From an uncultured Rhodobiaceae bacterium (GTDB lineage Bacteria > Pseudomonadota > Alphaproteobacteria > Rhizobiales > TMED25): DNA of 64,000 nt. The stretch is from the NCBI GenBank assembly GCA_913045225.1, contig CAJWPC010000004.1:26626-90625 (forward strand), written 5' to 3'. Below, in pieces: positions 21,585-30,571 of the stretch. The first letter of the stretch is position 1, and each line of letters begins with the position of its first letter. A program made the position numbers and the translations under genes. Under the pieces are notes generated by a model that did no database searches, was not told the DNA's origin, and was given only the letters and a program-made list of their open reading frames with translations.

Positions 21585-21609
21585 GATTTTTTTTTAAAAG
21601 GATAAGACA

Positions 21610-22605
21610 ATGACAATGACAATAGATATGCACACCCATGTAGCACCTAGACAAGCTGTAAAAATTGCAGAAAGTGGAGGAACATGGCATGGTGTAGAAT
21701 TTTATCGCGATAAAAATGATAAGCTGACAACATCCTATGGCAATCTAAAGATGTCCCTACCATGGCCAAAAAAAATGGAAACGCCAGATGAAAGACTCAA
21801 CTCCATGGACGCTCGTAAAATTGATATGCATATATTGAGCATTAGCCCTCTAATGCATTGGCACGGTCTTGATAATACAAATGCGGTAGCATACGCAAAA
21901 GATGTTAATGATGACATATCAGACTATGCAAGCATCAATGGGAACAGATTTAAATCATTCTGTTTTTTACCGCTACAAGATCCTAAAGCATCGGTAATTG
22001 AACTTGAAAGATGTATAAATTCAAAAAAGATGCTGGGTGCTATGGTTGCTACAAATGTAAATGGAATGGATTGGGATGATAATGAGTTATATCCAGTTTT
22101 AGAAGCTGCCAATGATTTAAAATGTATAATTTTTTTTCACCCCACGCGGGGTCGAGCAGACTCATGGTTAAAGAATTACCATTTAAGAAATCTTATCGGT
22201 AATCCATTGGAAACAACGGCAGCTATGGGATCTATTATTTTTGGGGGGATTTTAGATAAACTTCCTGACCTCAACCTATGTTTTGCTCATGCTGGGGGAT
22301 TTATTCGCCAAGGCATAGGTAGATTTGATCATGGGTACAGAGTTAGGGAAGAAGCAAAAGAAAATATTTCTAATTTACCGTCTTCTTATCTAAAAAATTT
22401 TTATTATGACACCATAACACACTCAGAAAGCGGTCTCAGAAATCTAATTGATACTGTTGGTATAGATAAAATATTTTTAGGAAGTGACTACCCGGCTGAT
22501 ATGGGTGAACCTTATCCAGTTGACTTTGTAAGTAATTGTCAGTCTTTATCAAAGGAAGAAAAAAATAAAATCTTCAGTGAAAACATATCAAGATTCATAA
22601 AATAG
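21610..22605 (+). CDS. amidohydrolase_2 family protein (ACMSD/LigJ/lactonase-type metal-dependent hydrolase or decarboxylase)
   Basis: 331 aa with an N-terminal HxH (IDMHTHV), later FFHP and FAHAGG, and a C-terminal GSDYP motif, characteristic of the ACMSD-like amidohydrolase_2 family. Confidence 0.8.
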   Translation: MTMTIDMHTHVAPRQAVKIAESGGTWHGVEFYRDKNDKLTTSYGNLKMSLPWPKKMETPDERLNSMDARKIDMHILSISPLMHWHGLDNTNAVAYAKDVNDDISDYASINGNRFKSFCFLPLQDPKASVIELERCINSKKMLGAMVATNVNGMDWDDNELYPVLEAANDLKCIIFFHPTRGRADSWLKNYHLRNLIGNPLETTAAMGSIIFGGILDKLPDLNLCFAHAGGFIRQGIGRFDHGYRVREEAKENISNLPSSYLKNFYYDTITHSESGLRNLIDTVGIDKIFLGSDYPADMGEPYPVDFVSNCQSLSKEEKNKIFSENISRFIK

Positions 22606-22615
22606 GAAATTTATA

Positions 22616-23026
22616 ATGAAAAGAAAAGAAAAGAATGAAAAAAACAGCAAGCTTGCTGAGACATTCGCCGAAAGAAGGAGTCATGTATATCCTGCGCATG
22701 AATGGTTAGCTGAAAAATTTCCAGAATATGTTCAAATTATGCTTGATTTAGATTTTGAAATAAGACAAAAAACAAAAATTTACGATGAGAAGATGCATGA
22801 GCTTTTCCATATAATCGCACTTGCAGTTAAAGGCTCCAATCCTCATAATCAACCACATCTTAAAGCGCACATAAAGAAAGGTTTGAAATTGGGTTTGAAA
22901 CCTGAAGAGATTGCCGAAGCATTAATGGTTTGTGTGAATCCTGGAGGCGCAATGGTCCTAACTTACAGTGTCACATGTATGCTTGAAGCACTTGAAGAAC
23001 TGGAGGAAGAAGGTTGGCAAGGATAA
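22616..23026 (+). CDS. AhpD-like / carboxymuconolactone decarboxylase (CMD) family protein
   Basis: 136 aa, all-helical, with CMD-domain-like spacing (...HELFHIIALAV....H...H...GL..GLKPEEIAEAL...). Assignment is family-level only. Confidence 0.6.
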   Translation: MKRKEKNEKNSKLAETFAERRSHVYPAHEWLAEKFPEYVQIMLDLDFEIRQKTKIYDEKMHELFHIIALAVKGSNPHNQPHLKAHIKKGLKLGLKPEEIAEALMVCVNPGGAMVLTYSVTCMLEALEELEEEGWQG

Positions 23027-23035
23027 AATAGGAAA

Positions 23036-24139
23036 CTAAATGTTAGCCAAAGGCACCGGTTGACCTGTTTCTGATGCTTCTGCCATAGCAAGAGTTACAG
23101 CCAGAGTTTGCCGAGCCTCTTTTGCTGTTGTGAGATGGCATTTCGCTCCTGTTGATTGTGAGTCAAGCCATTCTTTTGTTTCATCTGCTATACGACCGAA
23201 CATAATTCCATCTGCCCACTCACCAGAGGATCTACTACCCAAAAATGCTAAGTTTAATTTTTGATCTGGAGCATAAGCATTGCTGTATCCATGTTCAGAA
23301 TACATAATTTGATCTCGGTGGTCGTCATCTATTAGTATAACACCATCCCGACCCATTACTTCAAGCCGAACACTTTGTCCTGTTGTTGGGAAGCCTCCCG
23401 GTAAGGCATAGCATATATCAAATGAGAAAACGGCCCCGGTTGAATATTTTACCATTGTTAGACTAATATCATCGACATCAAATCCTTGGTCTCTGAAGAT
23501 AGTTCCATGACCCATTGCCTGAACTTCCACTGGAGAAACATCGGGACCAAGACACCACCCAATATAATCAACGTTATAGGTAATAATGTCCAATATTGGT
23601 GTTGCCTCTGGACATCTTTTAAGAATTTCAAGCATATTTGTTCTCGTGTTATAAACACGTGTCATACCGCCTAATATTGGACCAAGTTTTCCTTTCGAAA
23701 TTTCATCATGTGCCACAAAATATTTTTGAAGAAATCGCTGGGAATAACCAATCCTCAGATCAACACCTTTTTCTTGAGCTAATTTTGATAACCGGTCACC
23801 ATCGTCTATTGTCAGGGCGAGTGGCTTTTCAACTAATACCGACTTGCCTGCCATAATTGCAGCTTCAACTGAGTCCCTGTGTTGATCTTCGGGCGTTGAT
23901 ACAATAACTACATCAACTCTTGGGTCATTAATTAATTCAAAATTATCCGTTGAATATCCATTTGCCTTTGATGCTTCTGCTAATTTTCTTGCTTGATCTT
24001 CATTGATGTCGCCAACAACAAGATAGCTAACGGCAGGATGAAGAGATGCTAATCTTGCTCTGTGCGAGCCCATTCTTCCGGAACCCACTACAGCAACGCC
24101 TAATTGGCGCTTTTTGAACTCATTACCTGAGAGGATCAT
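23036..24139 (-). CDS. Gfo/Idh/MocA family NAD(P)-dependent oxidoreductase (copy 1)
   Basis: 367 aa with an N-terminal Rossmann motif (GVAVVGSGRMG) and the EKP motif (VLVEKPLA) typical of the family. Confidence 0.85.
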   Translation of the reverse strand: MILSGNEFKKRQLGVAVVGSGRMGSHRARLASLHPAVSYLVVGDINEDQARKLAEASKANGYSTDNFELINDPRVDVVIVSTPEDQHRDSVEAAIMAGKSVLVEKPLALTIDDGDRLSKLAQEKGVDLRIGYSQRFLQKYFVAHDEISKGKLGPILGGMTRVYNTRTNMLEILKRCPEATPILDIITYNVDYIGWCLGPDVSPVEVQAMGHGTIFRDQGFDVDDISLTMVKYSTGAVFSFDICYALPGGFPTTGQSVRLEVMGRDGVILIDDDHRDQIMYSEHGYSNAYAPDQKLNLAFLGSRSSGEWADGIMFGRIADETKEWLDSQSTGAKCHLTTAKEARQTLAVTLAMAEASETGQPVPLANI

Positions 24140-25161
24140 GCAACTTCTTTCTTTGGAATCCCACCCCTCTCAACATAAGAGTATCTCTCCATTAAGTCTG
24201 GCGCTAAAGCTCTTCTGAATTCTTTTGGGAATGAAATCCACATTCTGAGTAGATGCCTTTTTAGCTTTGGATCCTCATGATCTATAAAGTCCTCTCTGGC
24301 ATGCAATATCTGATGATTATTGATAAATTGTATATCACCCTCATTAAAATCCATAGAAAGACGAAGTGACTCACGTTCACCTATTTCTTGAACAACATCA
24401 AGTGCCTCTCTCTGCAAATCTGTCAGCGCGAGGTGTTGACCATGACGTGTAACTGACTCAAAAAATGCTCTTGATGTAAGACGTGATGTCAATTTTCCTG
24501 CAAAATGACTGTACATTGGGCAAGTATACCATGGTTGTTCACCTTCAGGATTTTCACCTCTCCAATCAAGATTAAAAGGACTATGCAATATATCTAGAAG
24601 GTCAGGTCTCTCTTCCCTAATAACATTATGAATTGTTAGCGCTGACACTAGGAAGCTTGCGCCTCCTTTCTTTGCTTTTCTTTGACAAAATAAGCCCACA
24701 ACATCAACAGGTAACTGATCTGAATGAAAATCCATTTTCAATGTAGTTTGATAGAGTCTTGTGGTAGGATCAGACATCTTTTTCCCCTCATCAGTCACAT
24801 GTCCAAGCAGATGTCCTCTTGTATTTTGCGATACAGGCCTGCCTAAATGCAAACCAATGCCCCAATAAATTAATTCGCACTCTTGATCTGTGTACCTATC
24901 ACGATCAATGCCTCTTAACAGAACAAATCCCAGTTGATTTTCCAAAACATCATATAAAGAGGTAAGCTTTTTTGAGAGCGTTGGAAGACTAAAGTCTTCT
25001 TTGTTAAATGGTATACTTAAATTTCGTTCTTTTACCGATTGAAGCGCACTATGTATTTCTTCAAGTTCCACTTCATCTAAATGTATCAACCATTCATTTG
25101 AATTTTGAATATCTGGACCAAACCATGCAGCCCGCTCTTTAATTAAACCATCATATACCAT
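24136..25161 (-). CDS. TauD/TfdA-family Fe(II)/2-oxoglutarate-dependent dioxygenase
   Basis: HxD (MDFHSDQ) plus a distal His (NNHQILHAREDF) and an Arg pair (RHLLRMW). The start is set at the ATG at 25161 (MVYDGLIK...), 1 nt after the terC-like stop. The ORF-track start at 25218 would overlap that gene. Confidence 0.8.
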   Translation of the reverse strand: MVYDGLIKERAAWFGPDIQNSNEWLIHLDEVELEEIHSALQSVKERNLSIPFNKEDFSLPTLSKKLTSLYDVLENQLGFVLLRGIDRDRYTDQECELIYWGIGLHLGRPVSQNTRGHLLGHVTDEGKKMSDPTTRLYQTTLKMDFHSDQLPVDVVGLFCQRKAKKGGASFLVSALTIHNVIREERPDLLDILHSPFNLDWRGENPEGEQPWYTCPMYSHFAGKLTSRLTSRAFFESVTRHGQHLALTDLQREALDVVQEIGERESLRLSMDFNEGDIQFINNHQILHAREDFIDHEDPKLKRHLLRMWISFPKEFRRALAPDLMERYSYVERGGIPKKEVA

Positions 25162-25162
25162 C

Positions 25163-25855
25163 TTAATCGCTTCCTTTTTGTCTAAACTTCGAAATAAAAT
25201 ACGAACAAGCAATGACAATCATAGCACACGCGATTGATGCTTGTAAAATATTATCCTTTGATACGAATGGGAATAAACCTTGAGTTCCAATATCTGTAAA
25301 AAGTAAATGTCCAGCAATCCATCCTAACAGAGCCCCACCAAACCATATTAAAATTGGTAACTTCGAAAATACTCTTAGTAGAAATGCACTGCCGATGAAT
25401 AACAAAGGAATGGAGAATAATATTCCAAAAATGATTAAAATCACGGATCCATGGGCTGCAGCAGCAACGGCAAGTACATTATCCAAACTCATTGCTGCAT
25501 CTGCAATTGCGATTGTGAGGATAACCTTCCATAACGTCTTAGCTTCGCCATGCTTTGGCTGAACACTCTCTTTTTCTGGCAATATCAGTTTTATTGCAAT
25601 CCATAGTAATAAGATACCACCAATTGTTCGTATGTAGGGCATATCAAGAATTAGAGTGATTATACTTGCAAAAAATATTCTTAAAATAATTGCAGTAGCA
25701 ACTCCAAAAATCATTCCAATCTTCTTCTGATGTTCAGGTAACCCTCGGCATGCAAGAGCAATAACGATAGCATTATCGCCGCTCAATATTAAATCGATCC
25801 ACATAATCTGAAGAATTGGAATTAAATCAATATTTGATAGTATATTCTGTATCAT
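25163..25855 (-). CDS. TerC/YjbE-family integral membrane protein
   Basis: 230 aa with two copies of the TerC signature (DLILSGDNAIVIA and AAMSLDNVLAVAA) and about 7 TM helices. Confidence 0.85.
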   Translation of the reverse strand: MIQNILSNIDLIPILQIMWIDLILSGDNAIVIALACRGLPEHQKKIGMIFGVATAIILRIFFASIITLILDMPYIRTIGGILLLWIAIKLILPEKESVQPKHGEAKTLWKVILTIAIADAAMSLDNVLAVAAAAHGSVILIIFGILFSIPLLFIGSAFLLRVFSKLPILIWFGGALLGWIAGHLLFTDIGTQGLFPFVSKDNILQASIACAMIVIACSYFISKFRQKGSD

Positions 25856-25879
25856 GTAATTATGAGATATACCTTCGCA

Positions 25880-26929
25880 TTATACAAAATCATTTCTTGG
25901 CAAGGATACAGGCTCACCAAGCTTGACAGACATGTCTGCAGCTTGAGATACTTGCATAACTAACTTTGCCTCCTCACCAGAGATCATAACGGGATGATCA
26001 AAAACTATTGCACTTAAAAAGTGATTAATCTCCTCGTGCATAGATCCTGCAAAAACGTGATCTATCTGCTCACCAGGCATGGATGACATTGGATATTGTA
26101 TTCCGTCCTTGATCGTGCTCAACTGTATATCTTTGTGAGAGTCATCAATTGTTAGCGTCCCCTCAGTTCCAACAATCTCAATAAATGCCTGCACGTAATT
26201 TGGAGTGTGCGGTGGTAGTATCCAACCAATCCCAACAGTTATGGTTGTACCATCATCCATTGTTATCATGCACCACTGATGATCGGGGTTGTTACTATTC
26301 TTCGAAAATAGTTTCCCTGATGTTTGAGAGTAAACCCTTACAGGTTTTCTCGGCTGCATTGCCCAAAGTATGTAATCAAAATCATGAACGCCAGCAATAG
26401 ATGCTGGCGAGAGATCTGATCTACCGGTTATCTTCATCCCTAATTCTCGTGTAGAATGACGTGATATTAAACAAGTTACAGGATCCCCAATCAAACCACC
26501 TTTCAGCGCTTTGTTCATGTATGCATATCTGGGATCAAATCTTCTCGAATATCCAATCGTTAATTTTAAATTATTTTTTTTTGCCAATTGTAGTGCCTCA
26601 TCTGCTTCTTTTATGGTTGGGGCAAGTGGTTTTTCAACAAATACGTGCTTTCCTTTCTCAAGACACTCCATTACTAAAGGAAATCGCTTTGTCTCAGGGG
26701 TCATTGATATTACAATTGCATCAACGTTATCATCATCAACGAGATCTTTCCAGTTATCAGTAATTATGTCAGGTTCAAGTTCAGCTCTGAGCTCTTGCTG
26801 CCTTTTCTCATCAATTTCTGCAATATATAATTTATCAACAATCGGATTCTTTTTCACGGCAGTTGCTCGAATCCCACCAACCCATCCAACACCAACAACA
26901 CCCACGTTTATTTGATTGATTTTCGCCAT
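25880..26929 (-). CDS. Gfo/Idh/MocA family NAD(P)-dependent oxidoreductase (copy 2)
   Basis: 349 aa with GVVGVGWVGG and VFVEKPLA. Confidence 0.85.
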   Translation of the reverse strand: MAKINQINVGVVGVGWVGGIRATAVKKNPIVDKLYIAEIDEKRQQELRAELEPDIITDNWKDLVDDDNVDAIVISMTPETKRFPLVMECLEKGKHVFVEKPLAPTIKEADEALQLAKKNNLKLTIGYSRRFDPRYAYMNKALKGGLIGDPVTCLISRHSTRELGMKITGRSDLSPASIAGVHDFDYILWAMQPRKPVRVYSQTSGKLFSKNSNNPDHQWCMITMDDGTTITVGIGWILPPHTPNYVQAFIEIVGTEGTLTIDDSHKDIQLSTIKDGIQYPMSSMPGEQIDHVFAGSMHEEINHFLSAIVFDHPVMISGEEAKLVMQVSQAADMSVKLGEPVSLPRNDFV

Positions 26930-27059
26930 GAAATATACTTAACAACAAATATTTAGCAACATCAAGCCTAAAGATATATTCCCTAATGGTATTGACAGAT
27001 CATCTATTATTAGTAACCTATAACTCTTGATGAATGATGTATAGCGAGGGAGCCAAAAA

Positions 27060-28442
27060 ATGGATATAGCCAGACAATATGCTAAGTATGCTACAAATTT
27101 AGATTATAATGACCTGCCTGAAGAGGTAATATTGCATGTTAAAAAAGCAATATTAGATATTATGGGTAATGATATTGGCGGATATGAATGGATGGAGTCA
27201 GGTCCATCAATTGTAGATGGTATAAGGGTAATTAATAGAGGTAATGGCGGCGCAACCGTCTTAGCAACAGGTGAGAGTATGGCACCTGAATGGGCCTCAT
27301 TTGCAAATGCATCGATGGCCCATAGTCTTGATTATGATAACCATCACGCTAAAGGAGTTATTCACGCTGGTGGTTCGGTTGTGAATTGTGCTCTTGCCGC
27401 TGCTGAAGAAAATAATTCCGGTGGGAAAGAGCTCATTGTATCAGTAGTAGTAGGTTACGAAATAGCTTGCCGGCTTGCGATGGCATTGGGGCCTCATTCT
27501 TCACATGAAATGGGATTTCATCCAACAGGTACGTGTGCAACATTTTCAGGTTCTGCCATAATCGGGCGAAATAGAAAAATGTCTGAGGATGAAATCGTAA
27601 ATGCGATGGGCCTGAATGGCTCCCAAGCTGCAGGCTCCATGCAGTACGTCGTAAACGGAGCATGGAATAAGCGTACGCATCCGGGCATAAATACTCACAG
27701 CAGTTTCATTGCAGCCACATTGGCGCAATCTGGCTTTATTGGAGCCGCTGAAGTTTTTGAAGGTAAGCAAGGTTTCTTGCAAGGGTATGCCCTGAGACCC
27801 CTGCCTGAGAATGCAACAAAAACACTTGGCAAGAGTTACGAAACTCTTGAAAATGCGATAAAGCCATTTCCTTTATGTCGATATAATCATCAAACACTTG
27901 ACTTGGTGATTGATTATCAAAAAGAAAATAACATAGATACAAAAAAAATATCCTCAATCACTATTGATATGCCAAAATATGGCGTACAACTATGTGGTTC
28001 CCCTATTGAGCAAAAAAGGAACCCGCAATCTCCTGTAGACGCACAATTTTCTGGGTGTTTCGCAGTTGCACTAGCGCTAACAGAGCAAAGAGCGGATATG
28101 ACAACCTTTACTGGAGCCTTGGATAAAGGGTTATCGGATGAATTTAAAAGACTTATGTCAATAACAAACATAGAGCAAGCTGATGACCTTGATGCCATTC
28201 ATCCAGAGTTCTGGCCAGGGAGGGTTAAAATGATAATTGATGGTGATGAGGTAGAGCTTTATGGCAAACACATGCGCGGAGAAAGAGAGAGGCCAATGAC
28301 CATCGAAGAAGTACAGGATAAATTTAGAGATCTCAGCCCAAAGCATGATGAAAAAAATAGGAAAGAAGTTTTCGACGTAATAAATAATCTAGAAAATGCG
28401 TCGATTGATGATCTTCTGGTACCACTTAGAAAATCTAGTTAA
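27060..28442 (+). CDS. MmgE/PrpD family protein (2-methylcitrate dehydratase-like fold, activity unknown)
   Basis: 460 aa with the typical N-terminal A.Y......Y.DLPEEV....K..ILD..G and full-length MmgE/PrpD-like organisation. A GGGAG Shine-Dalgarno sequence lies 7 nt before the ATG. Confidence 0.8.
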   Translation: MDIARQYAKYATNLDYNDLPEEVILHVKKAILDIMGNDIGGYEWMESGPSIVDGIRVINRGNGGATVLATGESMAPEWASFANASMAHSLDYDNHHAKGVIHAGGSVVNCALAAAEENNSGGKELIVSVVVGYEIACRLAMALGPHSSHEMGFHPTGTCATFSGSAIIGRNRKMSEDEIVNAMGLNGSQAAGSMQYVVNGAWNKRTHPGINTHSSFIAATLAQSGFIGAAEVFEGKQGFLQGYALRPLPENATKTLGKSYETLENAIKPFPLCRYNHQTLDLVIDYQKENNIDTKKISSITIDMPKYGVQLCGSPIEQKRNPQSPVDAQFSGCFAVALALTEQRADMTTFTGALDKGLSDEFKRLMSITNIEQADDLDAIHPEFWPGRVKMIIDGDEVELYGKHMRGERERPMTIEEVQDKFRDLSPKHDEKNRKEVFDVINNLENASIDDLLVPLRKSS

Positions 28443-28468
28443 TTATTTAATTTAGGAGAATAAAATCG

Positions 28469-29569
28469 ATGTTTAAAATTGCAAAAATTGAAGCATGTGC
28501 TGTAGCTATTCCGCTAAAAATGCCAATAAAAATGTCAGGTATTTTAATCGAAACTTGTGATAACCTCATAGTTAAAGTAACAGATACTGAAGGAAATGTT
28601 GGCTGGGGGGAAGCTTCATCAGCGCCAACAATGACAGGGGAAACAGTTGAAGGACTAGTAGCTGCAACAAACTTCATGGCGCAGAGGCTGGAAGGTACTG
28701 AGATACAAGACCAAAATCAACTCGTTGCAGCTATTGAGCCATTAATGGTTGCAAATCACAGCGCTAAATCTGCTATTGATGGAGCACTTTACGATCTTAT
28801 TGGAAAGCATACTAATAAACCGATGTATGAGCTTCTTGGAGGTAAAAAAAGGGATCAAGCTCCAATGTTTTGGATGATCGCGGGGAGTAAGGATGAAATG
28901 GAACTAGCGCAGGCAAGGATAGATGAAGGATACATAGCCTTTAAAGTTAAGGTTGGTCCAAATCCTCCTGAATACGACCTTGAGCGCTCGGAAAAATCAA
29001 GAAAAATTTGCGGAGACAATGTTCATGTCTCAGCCGATGCAAACCAGGGATACAGCCCAGAGAATGCATTCACATTTGCTAAAGGCGCTGGTAATGCAGG
29101 TTTAGATTTTTTTGAACAACCAGTCCACGGACACGATATTAAGTCAATGAGCAAATGCGCAGAATTATGTGATGTTCCAATTGGAGCAGACGAGGGCATT
29201 CATTCCATCGAAGACATACAAAAACATTATGATGCAGGTGCAGCCATGGGTGGAAGTCTCAAGCTTATAAAGCTCGGCAGCGCTCAGGGAGTTATGGAAG
29301 GTGCAAAATTGATGCAGTCATTATCAATGTCAGTTAATTTGGCTGGTAAGACAGCCGATACCAGTATAGCAAGTGCTGCAATATCTCATTTAGCTGTTTC
29401 ACTACCAACCCTTGAATGGGACGCAAGTGTAACAAATCAATATCTAACAGATGATATTGTTAAGAACCCGATACCAGTCGTTAACGGTCACATAATAACT
29501 CCAGACGGACCAGGTCTTGGTATCGAAGTAGATGAGAGTAAAATCGATCAATACCGTAGAGCAGTCTAA
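28469..29569 (+). CDS. enolase-superfamily enzyme, muconate-lactonizing-enzyme (MLE) subgroup (racemase/epimerase/cycloisomerase type)
   Basis: 366 aa. It has KxK (AFKVKVG), metal ligands D (SADANQGY), E (FFEQP) and D (IGADEG), and a second catalytic Lys (LKLIKLG). Confidence 0.85.
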   Translation: MFKIAKIEACAVAIPLKMPIKMSGILIETCDNLIVKVTDTEGNVGWGEASSAPTMTGETVEGLVAATNFMAQRLEGTEIQDQNQLVAAIEPLMVANHSAKSAIDGALYDLIGKHTNKPMYELLGGKKRDQAPMFWMIAGSKDEMELAQARIDEGYIAFKVKVGPNPPEYDLERSEKSRKICGDNVHVSADANQGYSPENAFTFAKGAGNAGLDFFEQPVHGHDIKSMSKCAELCDVPIGADEGIHSIEDIQKHYDAGAAMGGSLKLIKLGSAQGVMEGAKLMQSLSMSVNLAGKTADTSIASAAISHLAVSLPTLEWDASVTNQYLTDDIVKNPIPVVNGHIITPDGPGLGIEVDESKIDQYRRAV

Positions 29570-29578
29570 AGTAGTGAT

Positions 29579-30571
29579 ATGGTCAATCTTGGAATAATTG
29601 GGCTTGGGAATTGGGGTAATAAGCTTGCTAACTCATTACAAAAAATTCCAGAAGCAAATTTAATTTCATGCTTTGCTAGAACTCAGAAAAAGAGGGAGGA
29701 CTTCGCAAATAAACATAACTGTATCGCAAAAGATAGTCTCGACAAGCTTCTTGATGATAAAGATTTAGATGGAGTAATAATATCCACACCACACTCAACA
29801 CATAAAGATTTAATTCTCGAAATTGCAAACTCGAAAAAGCATATAATGGTTGAAAAACCAATGACATTAAATAGCGATGACGCAAAAGTTTGTATTGACT
29901 GCGCTGAAAAAAATAATGTCTACATTCAAGTTGCTCATTATAGGCGCCTTTTACCAGCTACCAGGCTTCTAAAAAAATATATTTTAGATGATAGACTAGG
30001 CAAAATTCATCATTTTGAGTCAAATTTTAGCCGACCTTTCGGGCCAGACCCAAATAGACCATGGAGAGATTCAGAAGATGAGGCTCCAGCTGGTGCATTT
30101 ACTGCTTTAGGCGTACACATGATTGATAACCTATTTTATCTTGGGGGAAATTTTGAGAAATTATGTGCTCTCAGCAGCGTCCTAGATAATGATACCCCTC
30201 TGGATGACATAACAACGGTAATGATTAAATATGAAAGCGGGGCTCATGCAGTAATCAATACGTCTCTCAGGCTGCCATTTATAGCATCAATTTCAGCACA
30301 TGGCGACAAAGGTTCCGCTTGGAGTCTTGCAGATGGCTCAAAGTTCTTATACCAAGGTATTGATGAAGAGACGCAGACAGAAGTTACTCTCAATCAACTA
30401 GATGGAGTGATTGAGAATTTAAAAAACTTTTGCAGCTCAATAAAAACCTCAACCGTTCCTGAAACTTCAGGGTACGAGGGACTCAAAGTTGTCCGAGCTT
30501 TGGAGGCAATAACTGAGTCTGTCGACGCAAATAACTCTTTCATTGACATAAACCTGAAGAGGTGGTCGTGA
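29579..30571 (+). CDS. Gfo/Idh/MocA family NAD(P)-dependent oxidoreductase (copy 3)
   Basis: 330 aa with GIIGLGNWG and IMVEKPMT. Confidence 0.85.
   Translation: MVNLGIIGLGNWGNKLANSLQKIPEANLISCFARTQKKREDFANKHNCIAKDSLDKLLDDKDLDGVIISTPHSTHKDLILEIANSKKHIMVEKPMTLNSDDAKVCIDCAEKNNVYIQVAHYRRLLPATRLLKKYILDDRLGKIHHFESNFSRPFGPDPNRPWRDSEDEAPAGAFTALGVHMIDNLFYLGGNFEKLCALSSVLDNDTPLDDITTVMIKYESGAHAVINTSLRLPFIASISAHGDKGSAWSLADGSKFLYQGIDEETQTEVTLNQLDGVIENLKNFCSSIKTSTVPETSGYEGLKVVRALEAITESVDANNSFIDINLKRWS

Noticed and set aside
25856-25879. A possible yybP-ykoY (Mn) riboswitch in front of the TerC-family gene.
   Set aside because: Only 24 nt separate it from the upstream stop codon, far too short for the riboswitch of roughly 100 nt or more.
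26930-27059. The divergent control region of the enzyme cluster, scanned for operator palindromes and sigma-70 or sigma-54 promoters. It contains TTGACA at 26991-26996.
   Set aside because: No acceptable -10 lies at 16-19 nt spacing from the TTGACA. There is no TGGCAC-N5-TTGC and no convincing dyad symmetry beyond AT-rich self-complementary tracts (AAATATTT). I cannot support a specific site.
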